A DNA stretch of 64,000 bases from Paraphysomonas bandaiensis (taxonomy: Eukaryota; Protista; Chrysophyceae). The DNA is taken from contig CBFFRP010000373.1 in assembly GCA_965644295.1 (NCBI GenBank), positions 1 to 64,000 on the forward strand, written 5' to 3'. The notes under the pieces are model-generated. The model made no database searches, had not been told where the DNA came from, and saw only the letters and a list, made by a program, of their open reading frames with translations. Shown piece after piece: positions 21,354 to 34,302 of the stretch. Both the position numbers and the translations under genes were made by a program. The stretch's first letter is position 1, and every line of letters begins with the position of its first letter.

Positions 21354-24300
21354 TTAGTCGGGGGGTCTACCTTTGGGCAATGTGTCTGGCGGACCTGTGC
21401 CATGGATTATGTGGGGGGTGGGTGAGGCGAGTTGTATATGAGAGTGCAAGTCGGTGGTGGAGATGGTGCTGGTTGTTGAGGTGGGGTTTCGGCTACAAGT
21501 AAGGAGAAGTTGTTTCCGGAGTGGTTGCGCTTGCCTCTGTCGGGTCTGGGCTCTTGCAGAGAGTGTAGTTCGTGGGGTGGATGTCGCCTGGAGTAGCTGG
21601 AGTACTTTTGGTGTCGGGTGGGTATCCTGGGGCTGGCGGGGCTTTGCGTGTGTCGGGACCGGTGTCGCCGGTGCCGTGTCTACGTTGTGGTGTCTGTGTC
21701 CCCTATTGCGAAGCATGCGGAGCCCTCCATCATATAGGGGGAGTAGGATAGAGGCGATGGATTTTTCTAGGGCGTGGAATTGATGTTCGAGCAGTGAGCT
21801 GGATATGTGGCGTCCGAAAGCGTCGGCCATTTGTGTGGCAGTAATGTGGCCGGTCCAGTAGCGCTCAACCTGGGGGGTGGCTGGGTTCCATGCGGCTTTG
21901 GCTAGTTTGGTTATGGCGGTGTAAAACCAGGGATGGGGGAGCGTGCGCGTGCGAAGTTTGTCAAGCTTATTGTGGTGTGCTTGGTGGACATCTTCACGTA
22001 TGTGAATGATGTCAGGGTGAGTGCAGGTGAGAAGCATGTGTGCCATGTTGTCTGTGGGGTGTGCACAGTCTGCGCATGTGGAAGCCGTTGTGCGATCGTG
22101 TCCGGATTTTCCTTTGGCTCGGTTTCTACCCATTGCAAAGGATTTGTCCCATACGTATGCCGTCTCGCGTATACGCTCTGCGAGGGGGATGTAGTGTTTG
22201 GAGGAGTTATGGGTACGGAGGGGATGGAGCTTGTGTGGGAGCCTTGTTCCGCTGCGTGTCCAATACTGCGGGTCTCGTTGCGTTTGTGCAGCATACATGC
22301 TATCTCGTCGGAGGGTGTATTGATGGAGGTCCCACTGGTGGTGGAGATCTGTAACGTCTCCTAGCATAGGACCGAGGTCTGTGAGGAGGTGTGTATCGTA
22401 TCTACGCCAGTGCCATTGACCCGTGGTGAAGAATTCTTCCAGTATGTGCGTAGCGTCTGTTGTGACAACACTGTAGTTGGAGGCTCCGAGCACTTTGTCT
22501 AGTGTCTTCCAGTCGCCGCTGGCGGCGGCGTCAGCTATATAAATGCCGTGGTCAGTGTAGGTCCAGTTGCTTTGATCTTGTGTTCTACGTTCGGGGTGCG
22601 AACGCGTCCATTGTATTGGGCGCTGTTTAAGAGCTGTGGTGGCGAGGCATTCGTAAAATATTCCCTGGGGCTTTGTTCCGAGGGCGCGCCGTCTGTGTGA
22701 GAGGGCCTCTTTGGTCCGCGTCTGTACCGCCTGGCAGTCAGTCCAGATTGGCACGGAAGAGTGGAGTACATTGGAGAATGTCAGTGCTGCTGACATTGCA
22801 AGGGTTTCGTAGGTGTATGCGTTGAGGCCAGGCGCTGTGTACTGTGGTGCCGTAAGTTGTAGGATTTTGGTTTGTCTGTGACCCCAGGTGTTCTTGGGCG
22901 GGAGCCATACAATTGCAGCTCCTCCGTCGTGAGAATTGGGCTGTGTGTGGGTGTTGCCGAGTAGGTGAGCAGGGGTGAGGTGTGTGCGTGTGAAGGATCC
23001 ATCCGTGAAGATGGCTTTGTAAGCATATTTGTGATCATTGTACAGTTGTAGCTGTGATTGGACTTTGTCAATGGTAGCTCGGAATTGTGGCGTAGCTGGG
23101 GAGGGAGGTTGTATTCTGATGCCTAGTTGTTGCCCCCATTGTACCAGACTGGTGATGTACGTGTCAACGTCCTGGGGGGGGTGCTCGTAGCGTTGCAAGA
23201 GCGATATGGCCGCACTCTTGGGCTGTCCTCCGAGTGTGAGAGCTCGTTGAAGAGTATGCCATTTCTGAGTCTGGGCGTGGGTTGAAAATTTGCGCAGTCC
23301 AAGCCCTTTGTATTTCGGGGGAAGGTAGATAAGATCCGTGGGATATCCAGGGGGAAGACGGAGTATTTTCCTAGCGGCCTGCGCGAGTAGTTTGTCTATG
23401 GCGATGTATTTAGCGTATGTCCAGGATGCTTTGGTGGCCTTGTATAGTAGGGTCGGGAGTATTTGTGTGTTGAGGACGAGTAGCTTGCAGTCAGGTGTCG
23501 CGCATTTGGATCGTAGAACTGCCGTGGATGTGGCTATGTAGGTGGTGCACCAGCTGTGGGAGTCGGTGTCCTTTACTGAGAATGGAAGTTGTACGCCGAG
23601 ATACTTGGTGGAATTGGTGGTTGTTCGGATGGGGATGGGGTGTGGGCACCAGTTCCAGTCTCTTATGATGATGTGTGGGTTTGATTCTAACATGGCCGTC
23701 ACCGCAAATGGGGCTCCCAGGGCAATGCATTCAGTTTTGGGGATGTTTAGTTGCATTCCGGAGAAGGCGCAGAAGGATGAGAGTTTGTCGGCCTTGAGCT
23801 GAGTGGCCTCAATGGAAGTTGTGATTTGGGAGAGGTCATCTGCGTACGCCTCATCTTGGCTATCATCATGTAGGTCAGACCAGCATAGGATCATGTCAAA
23901 GATGACGATCCATGCAACTGTGGATTCAGTTCCACCTTGTGTGACCCCTCTCTCCGCGGAGAATCCCATGTCAGGGTGCTGGATAAAGGAGCCATCTGAG
24001 CCAAGCAGTTCTTCGAGTGATCGGGGATCGATGTTGTCGGCCATGTGTGGGGTCCAGATGAAGGTGCGACCCCCATCGTCGAGGTCGCTTAGCCATTTGA
24101 TCGTGTCATCGGGGACACCAAGTCTTGCCCATGCTAATTTGAGAAGATTGGGTGCGATGGAGTCGAAGGCCTTTTGAAAGTCCCAGAAGGTGCAGAGTTT
24201 CACATGCCCGGTAAGTTTGGCCAGTTCCGTGGCCGCGAGGACTCGTAGAATGGCCGTGTCCGTGCCGTGTCGCCATCGATAGCCGTGTTGCGCAGGGTGT

Positions 24301-25022
24301 AGGACTTCATCTTCTTCCCATATGTGGAGGAGCCGGTGGGTGATGATACGGGTCATTAGTTTGCGCAAAACCTCTAGGAGCCCTATCGGTCGGAGGTTCT
24401 TTAGAGACGTGTGTCCTGGTTTTTTAAGAAGTGGCGTCATGACTCTGTCTCTCCACCAGCGTGGCACATGGCGATGGGTCCAGAGGGTTTGGAGGAGGCC
24501 TAAAACTTCAATCTTTATTTCAGGGGTCCATTTCTTTATCATGTTGGTTGTGACCATGGATGGTCCGGGCGCTTTATCCTTGGCCATCCCGTCCAGAGTG
24601 GAGTGGAACTCGCTTATTGTGATCTGCTGTCGTAGAGCGTCTTGGATCTTTTTAGCTGTGGCGGAGGTAACCTTTGTTTTGCATAGGTTTCGTAGGCCGA
24701 GCTGGTGGTGATCGGGAATGGCGGAGTGTGGATGCAAGGGTGTGTTCATGTCGGCGCCGGCTGCGAGCTCGTGCCACCAGGTGTCGTCATGATGTAGCTT
24801 GTGGGCGACTGGGTCAAGTCCGGATGGGATGGAGTGGTGGGCTGTGAAATGTTTGTTCAGCTCGTCCTGTATGTCTATGGGGAGGGTTAGGGTGGCTCCG
24901 TCCTCTAGGGTGAGTCGGGTGAGGGGTGGCGTCTGTTTGCGCTTCAATCCTATTGTCTGAAGGACTTTTCCGATGTGTTGGAGTTCCAGGTGGGCTTGGA
25001 TGGTGTGGGTCCTGTGGGTCAT
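21354..25022 (-). CDS. LINE ORF2 portion: reverse transcriptase + RNase H + zinc-binding domain
   Basis: KAPGPS, RPIGLL, DFQKAFDS, GVTQG, AYADDL, KYLGV; RNase H FTDGS..E..WTDCQ..SH..AD; CADC..HMLLTC. Confidence 0.93.
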   Translation of the reverse strand: MTHRTHTIQAHLELQHIGKVLQTIGLKRKQTPPLTRLTLEDGATLTLPIDIQDELNKHFTAHHSIPSGLDPVAHKLHHDDTWWHELAAGADMNTPLHPHSAIPDHHQLGLRNLCKTKVTSATAKKIQDALRQQITISEFHSTLDGMAKDKAPGPSMVTTNMIKKWTPEIKIEVLGLLQTLWTHRHVPRWWRDRVMTPLLKKPGHTSLKNLRPIGLLEVLRKLMTRIITHRLLHIWEEDEVLHPAQHGYRWRHGTDTAILRVLAATELAKLTGHVKLCTFWDFQKAFDSIAPNLLKLAWARLGVPDDTIKWLSDLDDGGRTFIWTPHMADNIDPRSLEELLGSDGSFIQHPDMGFSAERGVTQGGTESTVAWIVIFDMILCWSDLHDDSQDEAYADDLSQITTSIEATQLKADKLSSFCAFSGMQLNIPKTECIALGAPFAVTAMLESNPHIIIRDWNWCPHPIPIRTTTNSTKYLGVQLPFSVKDTDSHSWCTTYIATSTAVLRSKCATPDCKLLVLNTQILPTLLYKATKASWTYAKYIAIDKLLAQAARKILRLPPGYPTDLIYLPPKYKGLGLRKFSTHAQTQKWHTLQRALTLGGQPKSAAISLLQRYEHPPQDVDTYITSLVQWGQQLGIRIQPPSPATPQFRATIDKVQSQLQLYNDHKYAYKAIFTDGSFTRTHLTPAHLLGNTHTQPNSHDGGAAIVWLPPKNTWGHRQTKILQLTAPQYTAPGLNAYTYETLAMSAALTFSNVLHSSVPIWTDCQAVQTRTKEALSHRRRALGTKPQGIFYECLATTALKQRPIQWTRSHPERRTQDQSNWTYTDHGIYIADAAASGDWKTLDKVLGASNYSVVTTDATHILEEFFTTGQWHWRRYDTHLLTDLGPMLGDVTDLHHQWDLHQYTLRRDSMYAAQTQRDPQYWTRSGTRLPHKLHPLRTHNSSKHYIPLAERIRETAYVWDKSFAMGRNRAKGKSGHDRTTASTCADCAHPTDNMAHMLLTCTHPDIIHIREDVHQAHHNKLDKLRTRTLPHPWFYTAITKLAKAAWNPATPQVERYWTGHITATQMADAFGRHISSSLLEHQFHALEKSIASILLPLYDGGLRMLRNRGHRHHNVDTAPATPVPTHAKPRQPQDTHPTPKVLQLLQATSTPRTTLSARAQTRQRQAQPLRKQLLLTCSRNPTSTTSTISTTDLHSHIQLASPTPHIIHGTGPPDTLPKGRPPD

Positions 25023-25947
25023 ACGGCTTCCGCATTTCTGTTCTTGCTCTTCCTTGGAGCATTCGGGGTAAGGTTATCCCGTAGGGTGTCAAAGTGTGTG
25101 CTATTGATGGTCGCAACAGTCCATGTCAGCATCTGGCGTGGATCCACGGCAGGCTTGATGATGGTGGTGGGTGGGTGGGATGGGTCCTCTGAAGCGTGGT
25201 CCAGGGCGGCTATGGTGACCTCCCATCGCTGGAGGCCTCTTCGTGTAAGACTGTAGAGACGTGTGTCATCTACATGAGGGTGGAGATAGCCGGCTCTGTT
25301 GAAAAACTTTCTCTTTAGGTAGATGACTAAGTGGAGTGCTGTTTGAATAACTCTCATTTCCGCAGAAAAGCCGTCTTTGAAGCGGGAACGTTTGCGTTGG
25401 CAGAGGTGGTGAATGCGTGTTTTCATGTTCTATCTGCGCTACGTGTGTCGTGAGCCGCGTCGATGGTGATGCGATGGATTAGTGCTAGTTTGGTGGCGGC
25501 GCGGTCGGCAGGGTGTGGGTGTGCCGAGGGCTCCGGGAGGGATTGATGATGTGTGCTGAGATGCTGTTGGTATTCCTCCACCATTTCCTGATCGGCGGGA
25601 TTGATGTTAAGCCTTGGCGGGATCTGAAGGTGTTGCTCCTTCGGCAGGGGGGGTCCTGTTCCACTGATGCAGAGGTCGGTCCAGACCGGTCTGTGATCAA
25701 AAGTTGCTGCCGTGAGGGCGTCCGAGGTGTAGCACCCGTTGCCAGAAATTTGTATGTATGTGGGAAGAGGTGTATGTAGAATGTGGTCTATTCTGGAGAT
25801 TCCGCGGTCTTTCCGGAAGAAGGTGAAGTACGGGTCCTCAGTGTTTAGGGTCTGTATAAGAGGGGCTGTAAGTTGGAGGGATGTTGCTATTCCACGTAGG
25901 TCTCGCTTTCCAGCATGGCCCTCGAGAGAGGCATTGAAGTCACCGCC
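25023..25947 (-). pseudogene. Frameshifted AP-endonuclease/linker part of LINE ORF2
   Basis: GDFN, RIDH and DHRPV motifs in frame from 25947; frame breaks near 25427, 25066 and 25025. Confidence 0.85.
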
Positions 25948-26120
25948 TCATATATATATATTCATTCATAATATTCATTGTCATTGTGTCTATATCATTG
26001 TGACATATAACAAGCATGGAAATAAAGGAAATATGATGTCATGATGAGTGCATATCAGGTATATTGTCTTTGTTTGGTTGTATGTATCGTATTCGTTATA
26101 TTCATTGTTATGTAGGGCTC

Positions 26121-26627
26121 TTATTCTCTTTCACAAGCATTCGTGAAAACTCCAAAGGCTTTGTTCGCTCTTTTTATTCTTGCTTGTTTTGCTTCTTCTA
26201 TTGTATCAAAGTATCCAATGTGGATATTAATGCCGTCTAATTGTATTTGCGCTCTCCATTTCGTTTTTCTTTTGTCATAATGCACCCCTTTCACGCCGGA
26301 TGTATTTGCTTTGCTCAACTTTTGGTTATAATTATTCTCTTTGCGCGTTGCCCATCTCAAATTATTAATATTGTTGTCTGATGTGTTATTATTTATATGA
26401 TCTACACAAGGTTTATTTTCTGGATTTAGTATACAAGCCAATGCAGTTAACCTATGGACCATAACTGTTTTTTTCTTTCTATTTAAACGTAAGTTCAATC
26501 TGTAATAACCATGTCTGTCTAATCTAGGTTTCAATATCTTATCTGTCTTATTATTCTTTACATTTCCTTTGTTTGATACACTATAATTATTGTTGTATCC
26601 ATCAATCACTTTCCATTCTTCAATCAT
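26121..26627 (-). CDS. NUMOD4-HNH-AP2 homing-type endonuclease, phage/giant-virus-like
   Basis: NUMOD4 EEWKVIDGY..YSVSNKGNVK; HNH VHRL..VDHINNNTSDNNINNLRWATRKEN; AP2 NTSGVKGVHYDKRKTKWRAQI..IGYFDTIEEA; intronless and AT-rich. Confidence 0.93.
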   Translation of the reverse strand: MIEEWKVIDGYNNNYSVSNKGNVKNNKTDKILKPRLDRHGYYRLNLRLNRKKKTVMVHRLTALACILNPENKPCVDHINNNTSDNNINNLRWATRKENNYNQKLSKANTSGVKGVHYDKRKTKWRAQIQLDGINIHIGYFDTIEEAKQARIKRANKAFGVFTNACERE

Positions 26628-26824
26628 AGTAATAATATATATATAATAATTTCTTTTTAAACCATTTTATATATATTTTCAATCTGTTTATGATTTTCTG
26701 CATTGAAAATGGCATTATTGCTTGTTTTGGGCTTTGTATAAATTGACATCTATATATAATATAGCATTACATTATTATATTCTATATTTAAATTAGAATT
26801 CAAGGTTTTATGAGTTTTTGCTTA

Positions 26825-26924
26825 AAGCTTCGCCATTATATCACTACAACTACATTCCAGAGCTTTAAGCTTCGCCATTATATCACTACAACTACATTCC
26901 AGAGCTTTAAGCATTGCCATTATA
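26825..26924 (+). repeat. 42-bp tandem repeat, about 2.4 copies
   Basis: AAGCTTCGCCATTATATCACTACAACTACATTCCAGAGCTTT at 26825 and 26867, partial at 26909. Confidence 0.95.
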
Positions 26925-26934
26925 CATTATTATA

Positions 26935-27390
26935 AAAAAGTCATATAGATAACAAAGTAGATTTAATAAGTAGTTTTTATGGTAGAATCCCGGGGTTTTA
27001 TAACCTTTACAAATTTAAATTATTTTTCATTTTAATTTTTCCCTCCCCCTATATCTACTATTAAATCTACTTATTAAATCTACTTTACTATCTATATTAC
27101 TTTTTATTATAAACATTATAAATAATATATAAAGTAATTAATTTTATTTAAGAATATAAATAATATATAAATAATATATAAAGTTATTAATTTTATTTAA
27201 GAATATAAATAATATATAAATAATATATAAAGTAATTAAAAGTTATTAATAATATATAAAGTTAAATTAGCAAAGAGAAGGAATTACAACCGAAGGTTGT
27301 AATTGGAAACACTCGAAGAGAAGAGGCCCCTTGAGGGGCATATGGGGTAGAAAAAGGCTTGTCCTTGTCCTCTCCTCCCCCGTTTTTAAT
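26935..27390. repeat. Inverted repeat, AT-rich tandem tract and hairpin cluster (element end or origin-like)
   Basis: IR 26943-26973 / 27067-27097 (29/31 match); AT repeats 27111-27260; hairpins 27282-27304, 27312-27320, 27326-27339. Confidence 0.8.
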
Positions 27391-27817
27391 ATACAGCAGT
27401 AGTCAACATATTTAGTTAGAAAGCGAATAAACAACTAATTGTAATGGAGAATTAGAGTTGCATAAAATAATGAGACATCACTGAAAACTGAAAACCCATA
27501 TAATGCAATTCCTAATTAATGCAAACCAAATACACAAAGACCAGCCGATTCTACACTTCTGAATTGTTTTATGCCAGGAGAAAAATATTCATTATTACTA
27601 TAAGGGTAATTGACAAAGAACATATAACCACACAACTTCAAAATACCTTTCAGTACCCACCAACTCATGTACAGAGGCCCCATATGAAGCAAGGAATATG
27701 TCACAACAACTTAAAATATATACTCACCGCACACATCTTATGGTGATGAGCTAATACCACACTAAATCAAACAAAAACTACTAATTTGACAATTAGTGCG
27801 CTGCACTTGTAAATATA

Positions 27818-30566
27818 TTAAACTTCTTCCAGACTATAATCTCTGACCATGGCTTTCTGACCGAAAATAAATTCATCGGCAGCAAATGAGTGTTGAGTTG
27901 GAGTCACTGCTGACTCACAATTGAAAACACGCCGTGTAGTATCACGACTTGAATATTTAAACTCTGTTGTACACGCTTAATCACAATAGCGTGCCATTGC
28001 GAAAACTCACCGTCTAGAGTAGTGACCAAAGTCTCGAGTTTCATTGGCTTGCCTACTAACTTATCAGCTCCTGCAGCCAGGAATTCTTCAACATCTTCTG
28101 GAACAATATTTCCCGTTACAGCAACAATAGGGCCCCTAAAACCCATTGTCCTGATCAGTTTACAAGCTTCAATGCCACTCATATTAGGCATCACTGAATC
28201 AAGAAAAATCATATCAATATTTTCTTTAACAAACGATTCTTTGACGGCCTCCACAGCACCGACGCCATCCTCCTTCTGCAAAATGACAAAGAATCCGTAA
28301 ATGAAACACGACTTCGAACAACAACTAACCTCAATAATATTCTCGAAGTACGGTTTCAAGACCCTGGATAACATTTTTCTACATGTTTTGACATCATCCA
28401 CCACGAGTGCAGTGTGATATTCAATTCCCGAATCCTCGTGCTGATCCGAGCAAACAGGTACAATTCTGTTCACTTTTTTCGTGCTGTATCGCACGAAATC
28501 GTCATGGCTCTGACAGCACAGATTCGTGGGCGTCGGTTTGCTACGCACTGAGTTCAACTCGTTATCATCAATGGGAGTAGATGAGCCCGAGCTCCCCTTA
28601 TCAACAAGTTGACAAGACAATTTATGGGTTGATTTCGAAACAGTATACTCGTCTGCTGTAGGTAGGTCGATGTGAAATGCGCATCCCTCACCCGGTATGC
28701 CTGAGGACTCTAGACTGAGCAACCCACCGTGTTTTCTCACAATATTTCGCGACACTGAATAAATAAAACCGTCACGCACACATAATATATATATATAGCT
28801 ATACCATATAACCCTAGCCCAGACCCTTCACCATTGCGGGCCTCGGTTGCGCTAAACTGGACCACGTCCTTAAATAACTTAGACTGGTTCTCCTTTGAAC
28901 AGAAATATGAACATTTCAAGCGTATAGAAACACACTTACAGGGGGAATTCCACAGCCCGTATCTTTAACAGTTATTCGAACGACTGAGGGAATGTGCTAA
29001 AGAATTCGGTGAGCACGCATACTTATAGCTACCACTATGCAGTGCAAAACTTACCTCAAGCTCTTCCGGTACTTCCTTTCGCCCTAATAAGCGAGCAGAG
29101 ACCGTAACTTTCCCACCCGGAGGGGTGAACTTGAGTGCATTGCTTATCAAGTTCCGCATCACGATGGCAAACTTAATATTATCCACAGATATAATAGTAG
29201 TGTGAACTTGATCTGCAAAGCTTTCAGCACCACTGTATACCAAATTGACCCGCTCTTCGCTTGCCTACAGAATAGGACATTATATAACAACAGAATATTT
29301 CCTGCAAGTATAATATTTCAACGAAAAATCATTTACAGACCCAACATCAAGTCATGTTTACATGTAATACGAATAATAGACCTGAAGCTCACTGGGCTCC
29401 ACCCACCCTAAGATTGATTGCATTAAGTTCTGAAGCTTAAGTCGGAGACGCAAGTGACCGTCCTCAATCTTGTCAAATACAAGCAGCCCATTAAGTACAT
29501 CCACAGCACTCTGACATGACGCATAAACATTGGCAGAGGTAGAAGCCATTGTATCTGCTAGCGATTGCAGCTGCGAGCCCTCATCGCATTGCCACGCTTC
29601 CTGTTGTATATTCTTCGCAGAACTGGATAGCACTTGACTGCCCAGCATCATGGTGCTGAGTGGGGTTCGTAGTTCGTGAGAAATGTACCGAATAAACTGC
29701 TTTGTCAGCTCCAACTTATGCTGCCAGAAAATTATTAGGCATATAGTAAGATTAAATAAGAAACATACCATTAGCACAGCAGATTCATCACGCATAAGAC
29801 GAGTAGGGAGGCATATCGCAACCACGGCAAGAACCATATCACAAACACAATATCCAATGAGCTCATCACTCGTCCTGAAATCCCATGGTTGAAATCCAAA
29901 AACTAACCAAATGGTGTGTATGTAAAACACCAAAAACACTAAACAACACACGTAGACAAAGTTACACTTCTTTGACGTGGAGGAAAACGTTTCCGCAGGG
30001 GCGCTCAACATTGTCCGAAAGTACATGTACAACAGAGTCAACATTTCCACAACTAAGAAAACAGCAGTGAGAATGATTAGTGAATATATCACAATGCTGT
30101 CAACAACAAATCCCAAGTGTATGACGAATATAGTCACAACTCCTGTCCAATAGCAAACAAGTAACATAGTTTTCTGAGTTTGGGATGTATTCGAATTCAT
30201 CAAATAAGTCATAAGTGCACCCGCAAATAAGAGGTTCTTGGTGCCAAACAAGCATACATAAAGTAAGGATATGCCGGGTTCCAGAATAATACAGACATTC
30301 GGTAGTATTATCCCCAACACAAGTAGGACTCTTGGCAGCAAAGTCCTTGGTTTAATACTGCTTAAATCCATTAATATATCAAATAGAAGAGGACCGCATA
30401 GTCCTAACGCAGCAGCGGCAATGCACGTCAGGTTCAACGAGTGCACACCCTGAGCATTTTGTAACGCTCCCTGAGGAAAGGTCAGAGGTAGAAGTAAAGT
30501 AACCGACGAGGCTATAACTATAGTGAACAATGACCACGGATGGAATAATTTTTCTGTAAATTTCAT
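27818..30566 (-). CDS. Membrane-bound hybrid histidine kinase (TM sensor, HisKA, HATPase, receiver); multi-exon
   Basis: About 7 TM helices; FIRYISHELRTPL; RNLISNALKF; DTGCGIP; GSGLGL; receiver VVDD, FLDSVMPNMSG, AVTG, KP; last exon inferred. Confidence 0.92.
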
Positions 30567-31420
30567 CACTCAAACAATCCTGTGAGGCTCTCGGTAGATC
30601 AAATATATATCAGCATACACTGCTATCTGATAGGAACGACCACCAGCAGTCGATAGTTTAATTAATAATGTACGAAGTGTCCTGTATGTATCACCTCCTC
30701 TTCTTGACTATAGAAATCATATAGAACAAGTTCATTTATCTCGATGTGGTTAGGTATGTATGAGATGAACTGACCTGCCATCACATTACCTCCCTCATAT
30801 GTATCTATCTAGAGGACTACGATACTCGTATTCTGGTATTTGAAGTTATGTTCAAGTCGTAGGTGCAGCAGGATGAGTGTGTATGTAGTGGTGTGTTTCT
30901 GTAGTCAACTGCGAGAGGGAAAGTGATGGGAACTGAAGGCGTACTCCAAGCAAGATCCGTTGCAAGTAACACTTGGATAGGTGTCGATGTCGAAGTATTT
31001 CCTACTACACTGTATCCGAGTTGTATTCTGGAAGTGAAGTTTTTTTTGGGAAAACCTTCATATTCCACCATGTATTTAGTTTGTTATACAGTTTTCTGCC
31101 AGCCTTGGATTAAAACTACCGAAAAGTAGAGGTTTTAATTCTAGTTTACCTAATTTATATTGATTTTAGGCGATTTTGAGTTTACGGAGTCTATTTTTCC
31201 TTTTGCTGTATATTTTTGGTTTTCAAAATACGAAGTTGTCATATAAATGCACTTCGTATACACTCCATACATACACATACATCTATACACACATGGCCTT
31301 ACTGTGTGTGGAATGTGATGATACGCTATTATTCCTGACTTAAGTGTTGCTGCGCACGACACATTCATACACCTGCAGCGACTAGGAATAATTTATATAG
31401 GAAGGTGTATAGACTGAACC

Positions 31421-33657
<2,237 letters not shown>

Positions 33658-34068
33658 AGGTATTGATATTATGCAGATTTATTCATGTATATGCTTGTAG
33701 TGAAGTTAAATAGTATACTATGCGTACAGTGTAAGTTCTACCGAAGACGCACGTTATCGGCACTTATACGTTAAGTTTTATTGTACTTAGTCTAAACTAA
33801 ATTTTTACGCCGCAGACCGTAGAGTGTGTAAAGTCTTCCCCGTTATGTTTATATGTAGTGATAACTTCATGCAAAGTCTATATTTAGAAAAACTTCACCA
33901 TCCAAAACTCATTTGTGTACACAATCCTGTTGCATAGTTAGCAGATCTAACATTTTATAATAGTATTAACTTGCTATACACTACTTAGCTAACGGCTAAC
34001 GTACTACATTGCTACATTGTATCGATACACTACTTACTACTTGGAAAGCTTTATATATAGACGAGTAG

Positions 34069-34254
34069 TGAATGTCTGATTATTTAGCAATAGGCGTTGA
34101 GACCTTGCATCAATTAGTGGCTAGAAGAATGCAAGTCATACTAGTTAGACCACTACCCGTAACTAATCAATACAAACTCTTTTATCCTACTATTTAACGC
34201 TACGAAAGCTGCTTGTGCGTCGCCGCAAGCACCAAGGTGCAACCACTTCCGTTC
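34069..34254 (-). mobile_element. LINE 3'-UTR insertion (186 bp) with TSD
   Basis: TATATATAGACGA at 34052-34064 and 34255-34267; first about 83 bp match the 7397 and 59872 copies; contains the conserved 35-nt core. Confidence 0.8.
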
Positions 34255-34302
34255 TATATATAGACGATAGATGTAGAGATTTGCTAGGTACATGGTTGTA
34301 AC

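Larger units (their letters stand above)
21189..25947 (-). mobile_element. 5'-truncated non-LTR retrotransposon (APE-RT-RNaseH-CCHC)
   Basis: GC-richer block flanked by TSD TCATATATAT (21179-21188, 25948-25957); begins inside the APE domain (GGDFNA..SRIDHIL..FDHRPV). Confidence 0.93.

Noticed and set aside
25019-25430. ATGA stop/start overlaps in the LINE suggesting translational coupling
   Set aside because: A third frame (RMLQGRARTEMRK) bridges the break; single-base indels in C runs explain it more simply
21354-26627. HNH endonuclease as a component of the LINE (RT + HNH system)
   Set aside because: The LINE has its own APE domain, and its TSD at 25948-25957 closes it before the HNH island; base composition differs sharply
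26825-26924. CRISPR-like array
   Set aside because: Head-to-tail repeats without unique spacers, no cas genes, eukaryotic context
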